From contig OY781067.2 of NCBI GenBank assembly GCA_963676265.2, forward strand, positions 2,459,849-2,523,848: a stretch of DNA of 64,000 nucleotides, in the 5' to 3' direction. Position 1 is the first letter of the stretch; each line of letters opens with the position of its first letter. The notes beneath the pieces are model-generated. The model ran no database searches and was not told the origin of the DNA. It worked only from the letters and a program-made list of their open reading frames with translations. Source of the stretch: an uncultured Draconibacterium sp. (GTDB lineage: Bacteria > Bacteroidota > Bacteroidia > Bacteroidales > Prolixibacteraceae). Positions 49,978-58,514 of the stretch are shown piece after piece. The position numbers and the translations under genes are program-made.

Positions 49978-50461
49978 GAAGAATAAAGCACAACGTCAAC
50001 TGGAAATAAGAAGAATCATTCAAAAAGGCAATGTTCACAGTCAGGAAGAGTTGCTACATGAACTAAAAGAAAATGGATTCGACTTAACACAGGCGACTTT
50101 ATCGCGCGATTTAAAAGTTTTACAGGTTGCCAAAGTTCCTCATCCGGCAAAAGGATATGTATATACCGTACCTGATGGCGGACAGTATGAAAAAGCAAAC
50201 AAAGCAGAACAAAATCGCGTAAATTACCTGGCTGACGGTTTTAAAGACCTTCAGTTTTCAGGTACCCTGGCAGTAGTAAAAACACTTCCGGGTTATGCAA
50301 GCAGTATTGCAGCAGTTATCGATCAGGCAAATCCCTGGGAAATAATAGGGACAATTGCCGGCGACGATACAATACTAATAATACAAAGAGAGGGAATATC
50401 GAAAAATGATTTAATGAGGGCATTAATACAAATAATGCCCAAGCTTAAAGAGAAATTGTAA
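49976..50461 (+). CDS. argR: Arginine repressor
   Basis: ORF 49940..50461. The start is taken at ATG 49976 (MKNKAQRQLEIRRII). Winged-helix N-terminus (TQATLSRDLK) and C-terminal GTIAGDDTILII arginine-binding motif. Confidence 0.9.
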   Translation: MKNKAQRQLEIRRIIQKGNVHSQEELLHELKENGFDLTQATLSRDLKVLQVAKVPHPAKGYVYTVPDGGQYEKANKAEQNRVNYLADGFKDLQFSGTLAVVKTLPGYASSIAAVIDQANPWEIIGTIAGDDTILIIQREGISKNDLMRALIQIMPKLKEKL

Positions 50462-50469
50462 TTCGGACG

Positions 50470-51126
50470 ATGAAGAGTTTGAAAAATATCAAAGTTGAAA
50501 TTGCCGACGAACGTCATTTAAAGTTCATCGACGACATAAACGATGCCATCGACAGTGCATCGAAACAACGCGGAACGGGTATTGCCCGTCGTACGTTTGA
50601 ATACCTGGCAGAAAAAATGAAGCAGGGCAAGGCTATCATCGCTCTTGAGAACGAGACATTTGCCGGTTTCTGTTATATAGAAACATGGCAGGAAAAAGGT
50701 TTTGTGGCGAATTCAGGATTAATTGTGGCTGAAGAATTCCGTGGAATTGGTCTGGCAAAGGAAATTAAGAAAAAGGCTTTTGAATTATCGAGAAAAAAAT
50801 ACCCTAATTCAAAAATTTTCGGATTAACAACCGGGCTGGCTGTAATGAAAATTAACCACGAACTGGGTTATCGTCCGGTAACTTTTTCAGAGTTAACCAT
50901 GGACGATCAATTTTGGAAAGGCTGTCAGGGATGTGTTAATCACGACATCCTGGAACGAACCGGAAGAACAAAATGTCTGTGCACCGGCATGCTTTATAAT
51001 CCGGAATGGGAAAAACCAACTTTCACCAATGGTAACGGAATAAGAAAACGCAGTTTGCTTGATCTAATTCCGAAACGCGTATCTGGAATAACAAGAAAAA
51101 AAAAACTATTAAATAAAAATAAATAG
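50470..51126 (+). CDS. GNAT-family N-acyltransferase of the arginine operon (candidate N-acylglutamate synthase)
   Basis: 218 aa. GNAT motif A region VAEEFRGIGLAKEIKKKAF. Positioned between argR and argG as in other Bacteroidota arg operons. Substrate not determinable from sequence. Confidence 0.7.
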   Translation: MKSLKNIKVEIADERHLKFIDDINDAIDSASKQRGTGIARRTFEYLAEKMKQGKAIIALENETFAGFCYIETWQEKGFVANSGLIVAEEFRGIGLAKEIKKKAFELSRKKYPNSKIFGLTTGLAVMKINHELGYRPVTFSELTMDDQFWKGCQGCVNHDILERTGRTKCLCTGMLYNPEWEKPTFTNGNGIRKRSLLDLIPKRVSGITRKKKLLNKNK

Positions 51127-51208
51127 AATGGCGGCTTTCATATAGAAACAGACAGCTACAGATTTTGGAATTAGAAATAGCCGTCATTCTTTTTAAAAAT
51201 ATTACAAC

Positions 51209-52402
51209 ATGAGTAAAAAATTGGTTTTGGCATTTAGCGGAGGTTTAGATACTTCATTCTGCGCTAAATACCTGAAAGAAGAGAAAGGTTTTGATGTTTA
51301 CACCGCCATTGCAAATACAGGCGGTTTTTCCGATGAAGAACTTAAAGCCATCGAGGAACGAGCGCTGGCCCTGGGAGCTATTGAGCATGTTACACTTGAT
51401 GTAACCAACGAATACTACGAAAAATGTATTCGTTATATGGTTTTCGGGAATGTGTTGCGTAATAATACCTACCCTATTTCAGTTAGTTCGGAACGTGCAT
51501 TTCAAGCTATTGCAACTATCGAATATGCCAAAAAAATCGGTGCCAAATATATTGCTCATGGCAGTACCGGTGCAGGAAACGACCAGATTCGTTTCGATCT
51601 CACTTTCCAGGTTTTAGCTCCTGAAATTGAAATTATTACACCAACCCGAGATATGCTTTTAACCCGCCAATACGAAATTGACTACTTAAAAAAATATGGT
51701 TATGAAGCTGATTTCACCAAAATGGAATATTCCATTAACCAGGGACTTTGGGGAACCAGTGTTGGTGGAAAAGAAACATTAACCACCAATAAAAATCTGC
51801 CGGAAGCAGCCTACCCAAGTCAATTGGAAGAAACCGGCGAAAAAACGATTGAGTTGGGATTCGAAAAAGGCGAGTTGATTTCGCTTGATGGAGAATTCTA
51901 CGAAAGCGGCCCCGAAATTATTCGCGCACTCGAAGCAGTGGCATCAAAATTTGCCATTGGCCGCGATACACACGTTGGCGATACCATTATTGGTATTAAA
52001 GGCCGCGTTGGTTTCGAAGCTGCAGCTCCGCTGATTACGATTAAAGCGCACCACCTGCTCGAGAAACATACCTTAACCAAATGGCAATCGTACTGGAAAG
52101 AACAACTGGGCAACTGGTACGGAATGTTCCTGCACGAGGCTATGTACCAGGAGCCGGTTATGCGTAACATCGAAGATTTCCTCGAATCAACCCAGGAAAA
52201 TGTAACAGGAAAGGTAATTGTAAAACTAAAACCTTACCATTTCGAATTAGTTGGAATTGAGTCGGAACATGATTTAATGAACTCTGGTTTTGGCCAATAT
52301 GGCGAAACGGTTGAAGCATGGACTGCAGACGACATAAAAGGATTCACAAAGATTTTATCGAATTCACTGAAAATCTACAATAAGGTAAACAATAAGTTGT
52401 AA
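51209..52402 (+). CDS. argG: Argininosuccinate synthase
   Basis: 397 aa; AFSGGLDTS ATP-binding motif. Confidence 0.95.
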   Translation: MSKKLVLAFSGGLDTSFCAKYLKEEKGFDVYTAIANTGGFSDEELKAIEERALALGAIEHVTLDVTNEYYEKCIRYMVFGNVLRNNTYPISVSSERAFQAIATIEYAKKIGAKYIAHGSTGAGNDQIRFDLTFQVLAPEIEIITPTRDMLLTRQYEIDYLKKYGYEADFTKMEYSINQGLWGTSVGGKETLTTNKNLPEAAYPSQLEETGEKTIELGFEKGELISLDGEFYESGPEIIRALEAVASKFAIGRDTHVGDTIIGIKGRVGFEAAAPLITIKAHHLLEKHTLTKWQSYWKEQLGNWYGMFLHEAMYQEPVMRNIEDFLESTQENVTGKVIVKLKPYHFELVGIESEHDLMNSGFGQYGETVEAWTADDIKGFTKILSNSLKIYNKVNNKL

Positions 52403-52486
52403 GAATGTTGAATGATGATTAACGAATACTGATTTAAGAAGGAAAAATCTGAAATCAAAAATCGTTAATCTACAATCGTTAATCAA
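52403..52486. repeat. Gene-less 84-nt heptad-periodic inverted-repeat element filling the argG-argC spacer
   Basis: Twelve in-phase heptads: GAATGTT GAATGAT GATTAAC GAATACT GATTTAA GAAGGAA AAATCTG AAATCAA AAATCGT TAATCTA CAATCGT TAATCAA. It shares its 16-mer and 12-mer blocks with the carA-carB element. Confidence 0.85.
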
Positions 52487-53455
52487 ATGATTAAAGTTGG
52501 AATAATAGGAGGAGCCGGATATACAGCCGGAGAGTTGTTGAGAATTTTACTGAATCATCCGTTGGCAGAAATTGGTTTTGTCCAAAGTACCAGTAATGCC
52601 GGAAATCTGATCTCTGATGTTCATATTGATTTATTGGGCGAAACTGAAATCCGTTTTACCGATCAAATGCCGTTCGACGAAGTTGATGTAATTTTCCTTT
52701 GCATGGGGCATGGCAAGTCGATTGAATTTATGGAGAAAAATTCTTTCCCAAAATTTTTAAAAATTATTGATTTAAGCCACGACTTCAGGTTGAAAAGAGA
52801 AGGCAACAATTTTGTTTATGGCTTACCTGAATTAAATCGTGAAGATATAGAATCGTCGGAAAGAATTGCCAATCCCGGTTGTTTTGCCACCGGTATCCAG
52901 TTGGCTCTTTTACCACTTGCAGCAGCCGGATTATTACAAGATGAAGTTCATGTGCAGGCCATAACCGGGTCAACAGGTGCAGGCCAGAAACCAACAGCTA
53001 CTTCGCATTTCAGTTGGAGAAGCAGTAATGTTTCGGCTTACAAGATTTTTCAGCACCAGCACGAAGGAGAAATTCTGCAAAGCCTGACTCAATTGCAACC
53101 CGATTTTGAAAAAGATTTCAATTTTGTGCCCATCCGAGGAAATCACACACGCGGTATTTTTGTATCGTGCTATACCAAATTCGATGGAACGCTGAAAGAG
53201 GCTAACGAATTATATGAAGATTATTACGCCGGTCATCCGTTTGTATTTGTAACCGATAAAAACCCGGGAGTAAAACAAGTAGTAAATACCAACAAAGGCG
53301 TTATTTATTTGGAAAAACACGAAAATAAACTGGTTGTTATCAGTTTAACCGACAACTTAATAAAGGGCGCATCCGGACAAGCGGTTCAAAATATGAACCT
53401 GATGTTTGGGCTGGATGAAAAAACCGGCCTGAGTTTAAAACCGGTTGCTTTTTAA
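52487..53455 (+). CDS. argC: N-acyl-gamma-glutamyl-phosphate reductase
   Basis: 322 aa. GAGYTAGELLRIL NAD(P) motif and catalytic Cys in NPGCFATG. Confidence 0.93.
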   Translation: MIKVGIIGGAGYTAGELLRILLNHPLAEIGFVQSTSNAGNLISDVHIDLLGETEIRFTDQMPFDEVDVIFLCMGHGKSIEFMEKNSFPKFLKIIDLSHDFRLKREGNNFVYGLPELNREDIESSERIANPGCFATGIQLALLPLAAAGLLQDEVHVQAITGSTGAGQKPTATSHFSWRSSNVSAYKIFQHQHEGEILQSLTQLQPDFEKDFNFVPIRGNHTRGIFVSCYTKFDGTLKEANELYEDYYAGHPFVFVTDKNPGVKQVVNTNKGVIYLEKHENKLVVISLTDNLIKGASGQAVQNMNLMFGLDEKTGLSLKPVAF

Positions 53456-53614
53456 ATATTGCACCGTCCTTTAGGGCGGTGATCTGAAACAAGAAAGCAA
53501 GATGGCTTCAGCCTTTAACCATCAAAATTAAAGGCTAAAGCCAAAATGCAATGAATAAATCAGACACCAAGCTAAAGCATGGTGCAAAAAATAAGAACTA
53601 AAAAACAGGAACGA

Positions 53615-53635
53615 CTTCTGTCTTCCGACTTCAAG
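53615..53635 (+). repeat. (CTTCNNN)x3 array immediately upstream of argD
   Basis: CTTCTGT CTTCCGA CTTCAAG, with CTTC at 53615, 53622 and 53629. ATG is at 53638. Confidence 0.7.
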
Positions 53636-53637
53636 AT

Positions 53638-54777
53638 ATGAAACTATTTGACGTTTATCCACTATTTGATATAACCCCGGTAAAAGCTGAAGGATGTTAT
53701 GTTTGGGATGCCGACGGTAAAAAATACCTCGACCTTTACGGAGGCCATGCGGTAATTTCAATCGGACACAGCCACCCTGCTTACGTTAAAAAAATCTCAG
53801 AGCAGCTTTCTCAAATCGGATTTTATTCCAATTCGGTACAGAATCCTCTTCAAAAAGAGTTGGCTGAAAAACTAGGAAAATTATCCGGTTGCGAAAATTA
53901 CCAGCTTTTCCTTTGCAACTCGGGAGCAGAAGCCAACGAAAATGCATTGAAACTGGCATCTTTCATTACCGGTAAAAAGAAAATAATCAGTTATAAAAAA
54001 GGATTCCACGGTCGTACTTCGGCGGCAGTAGCCATCACCGATAATCCTAAAATTATAGCTCCGGTTAATGAAACTGAAAATGCTATAATATTGCCTTTTA
54101 ATGATATCAAGGCCACTGAGGAAGTATTGAAACAAGGCGATGTTGCCGCGGTTATTGTTGAGGGAATTCAGGGGATTGGCGGAATCCATGTTCCGGATAC
54201 CGAATTCCTGAAAAAACTGAAACAGTTAACCGAAAAATACGTGGCCGTTCTTATTCTGGATGAAATCCAGTCGGGTTACGGACGAAGTGGAAGATTTTTT
54301 GCTTACCAGTACACCGATATTCATCCCGACATTGTTACCATGGCCAAAGGGATGGGTAACGGATTTCCTATCGGCGGAGTACTTATTCAGCCAGAGATTG
54401 AGCCGTGGTATGGTATGCTAGGAACAACCTTTGGAGGTAATCACCTGGCATGTGCTGCTGCCATATCGGTTCTGGATGTAATCAAGGATGAAAAGCTGGT
54501 AGAAAATGCCGAAGAAGTTGGTTCTTACCTCATGGAAAAACTCTCGGCTATGAATGCAGAATTTGAGGTCCGTGGTGAAGGTTTAATGATTGGTCTCGAA
54601 TTTAAACAACCAATAAAAGAAATACGACAGAAACTACTTTTTGAATACGGAATATTTACTGGCGTTTCAGGACAAAATATAATCAGACTGTTGCCTCCGT
54701 TAAGTTTAACGAAAGAACAGGCTGATCAATTTTTGACTGCATTTGAGAAGGTTTATGCAGATTTCGATATTGTTTAA
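53638..54777 (+). CDS. argD: Acetyl/succinyl-ornithine aminotransferase (class III PLP aminotransferase)
   Basis: 379 aa; LILDEIQSGYGRSG and TMAKGMGNGFP (PLP Lys) motifs. Confidence 0.88.
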   Translation: MKLFDVYPLFDITPVKAEGCYVWDADGKKYLDLYGGHAVISIGHSHPAYVKKISEQLSQIGFYSNSVQNPLQKELAEKLGKLSGCENYQLFLCNSGAEANENALKLASFITGKKKIISYKKGFHGRTSAAVAITDNPKIIAPVNETENAIILPFNDIKATEEVLKQGDVAAVIVEGIQGIGGIHVPDTEFLKKLKQLTEKYVAVLILDEIQSGYGRSGRFFAYQYTDIHPDIVTMAKGMGNGFPIGGVLIQPEIEPWYGMLGTTFGGNHLACAAAISVLDVIKDEKLVENAEEVGSYLMEKLSAMNAEFEVRGEGLMIGLEFKQPIKEIRQKLLFEYGIFTGVSGQNIIRLLPPLSLTKEQADQFLTAFEKVYADFDIV

Positions 54778-54915
54778 AGGAAAATAACTGACAAAAGTCA
54801 TATTTTTCTATTTTTGCAAAATGAAACGAGCATAAATGAAGATTTAAAGATTTATCAAAAATATGCTCGCGACATCCGTCAGCTGACGGACCATTAATAA
54901 AACAATACAAAACGA

Positions 54916-55710
54916 ATGGAAAATAAAAAAATAGCAATTATCGGAGTAGGAAACATGGGTGGCGCTATAGCTATTGGATTGGTAAAATCGGGATCGGTTT
55001 CACCAACTGATATTTTTGTTTCCGACAGAAAAGAATCGACACTCAAAAAAATGAAAGATATGGGTATTCATGCTTCTGAAGACAATCTGGAAGCAGCAAA
55101 AGATGCTGATGTAATCATTGTAGCTGTAAAACCATATCATATCGAAGGTGTAATTAATGATTTAAAACCGATTCTGTCGCCCGATAAAATCTTAATTTCT
55201 ATTGTTGCCGGAGTTGGCATTGAAGACCTGGGCAATATGGCAGGAGAAATTCCAATTTTCCGGGTAATGCCAAACACTGCCATTGCTCTGCAGGAATCGC
55301 TTACCTGTATTTCTGCCAATGGGCACACCGAGCCACATCGCGAATTTGTGGTTGAATTATTCAACAAACTGGGTATAACAATTGAAATCCCTGAAGAACT
55401 AATGGCAGCAGCTACAGTTCTGTCATCATGTGGTATTGCTTACGCATTGCGTTATATCCGTGCAGCAATGCAGGGTGGAATTGAAATTGGATTCAGTGCT
55501 GAAATGGCACAGTTAATTACCGCTCAAACGGTGAAAGGCGCCACAGAATTACTGTTGCAATCCGGACATCATCCTGAATGGGAAATCGACAAAGTAACCA
55601 CTCCAATGGGTGTAACTATTACAGGCCTGAACGAAATGGAACACAAAGGATTTAGTTCTTCTTTGATCCAGGGAGTTATGGCTTCATATAAAAAGATTAA
55701 GGACAAATAA
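54916..55710 (+). CDS. proC: Pyrroline-5-carboxylate reductase
   Basis: 264 aa. IGVGNMGGAI Rossmann motif and C-terminal TTPMGVTITG dimerisation-domain motif. Confidence 0.9.
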   Translation: MENKKIAIIGVGNMGGAIAIGLVKSGSVSPTDIFVSDRKESTLKKMKDMGIHASEDNLEAAKDADVIIVAVKPYHIEGVINDLKPILSPDKILISIVAGVGIEDLGNMAGEIPIFRVMPNTAIALQESLTCISANGHTEPHREFVVELFNKLGITIEIPEELMAAATVLSSCGIAYALRYIRAAMQGGIEIGFSAEMAQLITAQTVKGATELLLQSGHHPEWEIDKVTTPMGVTITGLNEMEHKGFSSSLIQGVMASYKKIKDK

Positions 55711-55716
55711 GACATT

Positions 55717-56823
55717 GTGCAAAGTCGCTATCAGAAAATAACAGTTAAAGTTGGCAGTAATGTTCTTGCAAAAAAGGACGGTACCTTAAATGTATCGCGC
55801 ATTGCACATATTGTCGACCAAATTGCTTTTCTCCATAAAAACGGAGTAGAAGTGGTGCTGGTATCTTCCGGTGCAGTGGCTGCGGGCCGGGCTGTAATGC
55901 GCGAAACAAAAAAGTCGGATGCCGTATCACAGCGACAACTATGGGCAGCACTTGGCCAGGTGAAATTAATTTCCCGTTATTCTGATTTTTTCCAGGAAGA
56001 CGGGCTCACATGTGCACAGGTGCTTACAACCAAAGAAAATTTTTCGAGCCGGGGGCATTACCTCAACATGAAAAACTGCATTACTACCCTGCTTGAAAAT
56101 AAAGTTATACCTATTGTAAACGAAAACGACACCATTTCTGTAACAGAATTAATGTTTACTGATAACGATGAATTATCAGGGCTGATTGCTTCTATGGTAG
56201 ATTCTGAAGCATTGATTATTCTGAGCAACATTGACGGTGTATTTACCGCCCACCCCGACAGTGAAGGGGCAGAGTTGATTGAAACAATCGACACCTCAGA
56301 CAGAGAACCTGAAAATGCCATTTCATCGCGACAGTCGAATTTTGGAAGAGGTGGAATGCTGACCAAATTCCGGATTGCAAAAAAAGTTGCCGGCGACGGG
56401 ATTGGAGTTCATGTGGCAAACGGCACACGCGAAAATGTACTTATCGATTTGGTTGATAAATCGAAAAACTTAAAACATACCTACTTTGTGCCTAACCAAA
56501 AGCCTTCGAGTGGCGTAAAAAAATGGATTGGATACTCCGATGGTTTTACAAAAGGTCAGGTAATTATTAACGAAGGAGCAGCGAAAGCACTGATTTCAGA
56601 AAAAGCAGTAAGCTTATTGCCTGTGGGAATAACAAAAGTAGAAAGAGAATTTAAAAAAGGAGATCTGATAAAAATACTGGACAATTCGGGAGGAACAATT
56701 GGAATTGGGAAAGCCTCCTACGGATCAGATAAAATTGAAAAAGAAAAACAATCGGATAAACAGAAGCCGGTTGTTCATTACGATTATTTGTATTTAGAAA
56801 ATAAAACAAACGGAAGTTCTTAG
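55717..56823 (+). CDS. proB: Glutamate 5-kinase (with C-terminal PUA domain)
   Basis: 368 aa, GTG start. KVGSNVL, VLVSSGAVAAG and NENDT motifs, plus a PUA-like C-terminus. Confidence 0.92.
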   Translation: MQSRYQKITVKVGSNVLAKKDGTLNVSRIAHIVDQIAFLHKNGVEVVLVSSGAVAAGRAVMRETKKSDAVSQRQLWAALGQVKLISRYSDFFQEDGLTCAQVLTTKENFSSRGHYLNMKNCITTLLENKVIPIVNENDTISVTELMFTDNDELSGLIASMVDSEALIILSNIDGVFTAHPDSEGAELIETIDTSDREPENAISSRQSNFGRGGMLTKFRIAKKVAGDGIGVHVANGTRENVLIDLVDKSKNLKHTYFVPNQKPSSGVKKWIGYSDGFTKGQVIINEGAAKALISEKAVSLLPVGITKVEREFKKGDLIKILDNSGGTIGIGKASYGSDKIEKEKQSDKQKPVVHYDYLYLENKTNGSS

Positions 56824-57046
56824 CCTGAATGACATAAGATTCGGGTGAATCCCGGCTGCGGCAAATTTATTTGATGAAACATTCAAAAAAGCCGTAGCCG
56901 CTGTAACAAACAGGAATAAAGAAATTATTAGGATTTGACATATTGAAAATATAAAAACAGCTCAGGGTACCTTTACCGGCTTGCTTTCAGTGCAAGCTAT
57001 TCATTCACCCTTTTTTTGATGCCTTAATTTGAACATATTCTGAGCT

Positions 57047-57080
57047 CCCTCTCCCTCCCCCGGGAGAGGGTTATTTTTTT
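57047..57080 (+). terminator. Strong intrinsic terminator inside the proB-proA spacer
   Basis: CCCTCTCCC (57047-57055) / GGGAGAGGG (57062-57070), a 9-bp G/C-rich stem with a 6-nt loop, followed by TTATTTTTTT. Confidence 0.8.
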
Positions 57081-57183
57081 ATAGAAAATTGTAATAAGGA
57101 AAAACGAGTAAGAAAGTAAATATCGCTCAGAAGATCTTTCAACTGTCATATTCGGTTTCTTATGAAGTGAAAAGTAACATAAC

Positions 57184-58434
57184 ATGAAGATAGAACAGCA
57201 GCTAAAAAAAACTCTGGATGCCTCGCGCAAACTTAATCTAATTGAGGAGGATCTGGTAACGCAGGTTCTGCTTGATTTGGCAAAACAGGCGCGTAATAAC
57301 ACTGATTTCATTCTGGCAGAGAATCAAAAAGATTTAGACAGAATGGATCCTGCTGATCCCAAATTCGACCGTTTAAAATTAACAGAAGAGAGAATTGAAG
57401 GTATCGCTTCCGATATGGAAAATGTGGCACGCCTTGAAAGTCCTGTTGGAAGAATTCTGAAAGAAACTACCAGAGATAATGGTTTAAAAATTACAAAAGT
57501 GTCGGTTCCGTTTGGAGTAATTGGAATTATATACGAAGCTCGTCCGAACGTTACTTTCGATGTTTTTGCGCTGTGTTTGAAGTCGGGAAATGCCTGCGTT
57601 TTAAAGGGGGGCAGCGACGCAATTTACTCTAACGAAGCTATCGTTTCTGTTATTCGCAAAGTATTAACGAAATTTAATCTCGATGAAAATACCGTAACCT
57701 TGCTCCCTGCAGGACGCGAGGAAACCAACGAAATGTTGCGTGCTCACGGATACATCGATTTGATTATTCCGCGAGGAAGTCAAGGCCTGATAAATTTTGT
57801 ACGCGAAAATGCGACTATTCCGGTAATTGAAACCGGAGCCGGAATCTGCCACACTTATTTCGATGAGTTTGGCGATGCCGAAAAAGGCCGCGAAATTATT
57901 TTCAATGCAAAAACCCGCCGCGTTTCGGTCTGTAATGCGCTGGATTGTTTGGTAATTCACGAAAGTCGTTTGGATGAATTAAATGAATTTGCCAAAAAAC
58001 TTTCCGAAGAACAGGTGGTGATTTATGCCGACGAAAAAGCATACAAACAAATTCAGTGGATCTATCCGGCAGAGCTATTATTTGAAGCCACTGAAGAATC
58101 ATTCGGAACAGAATTCTTATCGATGAAAATGTCGATAAAAACAGTTAGTTCTTTCAACGAAGCTTTGGATCATATTAATACACACTCATCAAAACACAGC
58201 GAGGCCATCATTTCGGAGGATGCTGATCGAATTCAAATTTTCCGCAAAATGGTGGATGCTTCTTCTGTGTATTCAAATACATCAACCGCTTATACCGACG
58301 GTGCACAATTCGGATTGGGAGCTGAAATTGGCATCAGCACGCAAAAATTGCACGCCCGAGGCCCGATGGCACTGGAAGAATTGACCAGCTACAAATGGAT
58401 AATTGAAGGAAACGGACAAGTACGTCCAAGATAA
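57184..58434 (+). CDS. proA: Glutamate-5-semialdehyde dehydrogenase
   Basis: 416 aa. Catalytic Cys context [14 protein letters not shown] and [10 protein letters not shown] motif. Confidence 0.95.
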   Translation: MKIEQQLKKTLDASRKLNLIEEDLVTQVLLDLAKQARNNTDFILAENQKDLDRMDPADPKFDRLKLTEERIEGIASDMENVARLESPVGRILKETTRDNGLKITKVSVPFGVIGIIYEARPNVTFDVFALCLKSGNACVLKGGSDAIYSNEAIVSVIRKVLTKFNLDENTVTLLPAGREETNEMLRAHGYIDLIIPRGSQGLINFVRENATIPVIETGAGICHTYFDEFGDAEKGREIIFNAKTRRVSVCNALDCLVIHESRLDELNEFAKKLSEEQVVIYADEKAYKQIQWIYPAELLFEATEESFGTEFLSMKMSIKTVSSFNEALDHINTHSSKHSEAIISEDADRIQIFRKMVDASSVYSNTSTAYTDGAQFGLGAEIGISTQKLHARGPMALEELTSYKWIIEGNGQVRPR

Positions 58435-58511
58435 AAGGCAAAAGTAAAAAGGCAAAATATAAACATTGGAAGCTAAAACTTCGGTCTTCGTGCTTCCATC
58501 TTCAAACTTAT
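58435..58511. repeat. Heptad-periodic spacer (AAGNNNN then NNCTTNN) between proA and argF'
   Basis: AAGGCAA AAGTAAA AAGGCAA AATATAA ACATTGG AAGCTAA | AACTTCG GTCTTCG TGCTTCC ATCTTCA AACTTAT. Confidence 0.75.
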
Positions 58512-58514
58512 AAT

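Noticed and set aside
57030-57110. Proline-rich leader peptide in the CCCTCTCCCTCCCCCGGG stretch before proA
   Set aside because: I checked all three + frames. Each is closed by a stop codon (TGA 57030-32, TGA 57041-43, TAA 57025-27) just upstream, with no ATG/GTG/TTG in between. The C/T-rich run is better explained as the 5' arm of the terminator stem.
57024-57311. 95-aa minus-strand ORF spanning the proB-proA spacer and the proA start
   Set aside because: It overlaps the proA coding start in antisense and runs through the terminator stem. It has no supporting features.
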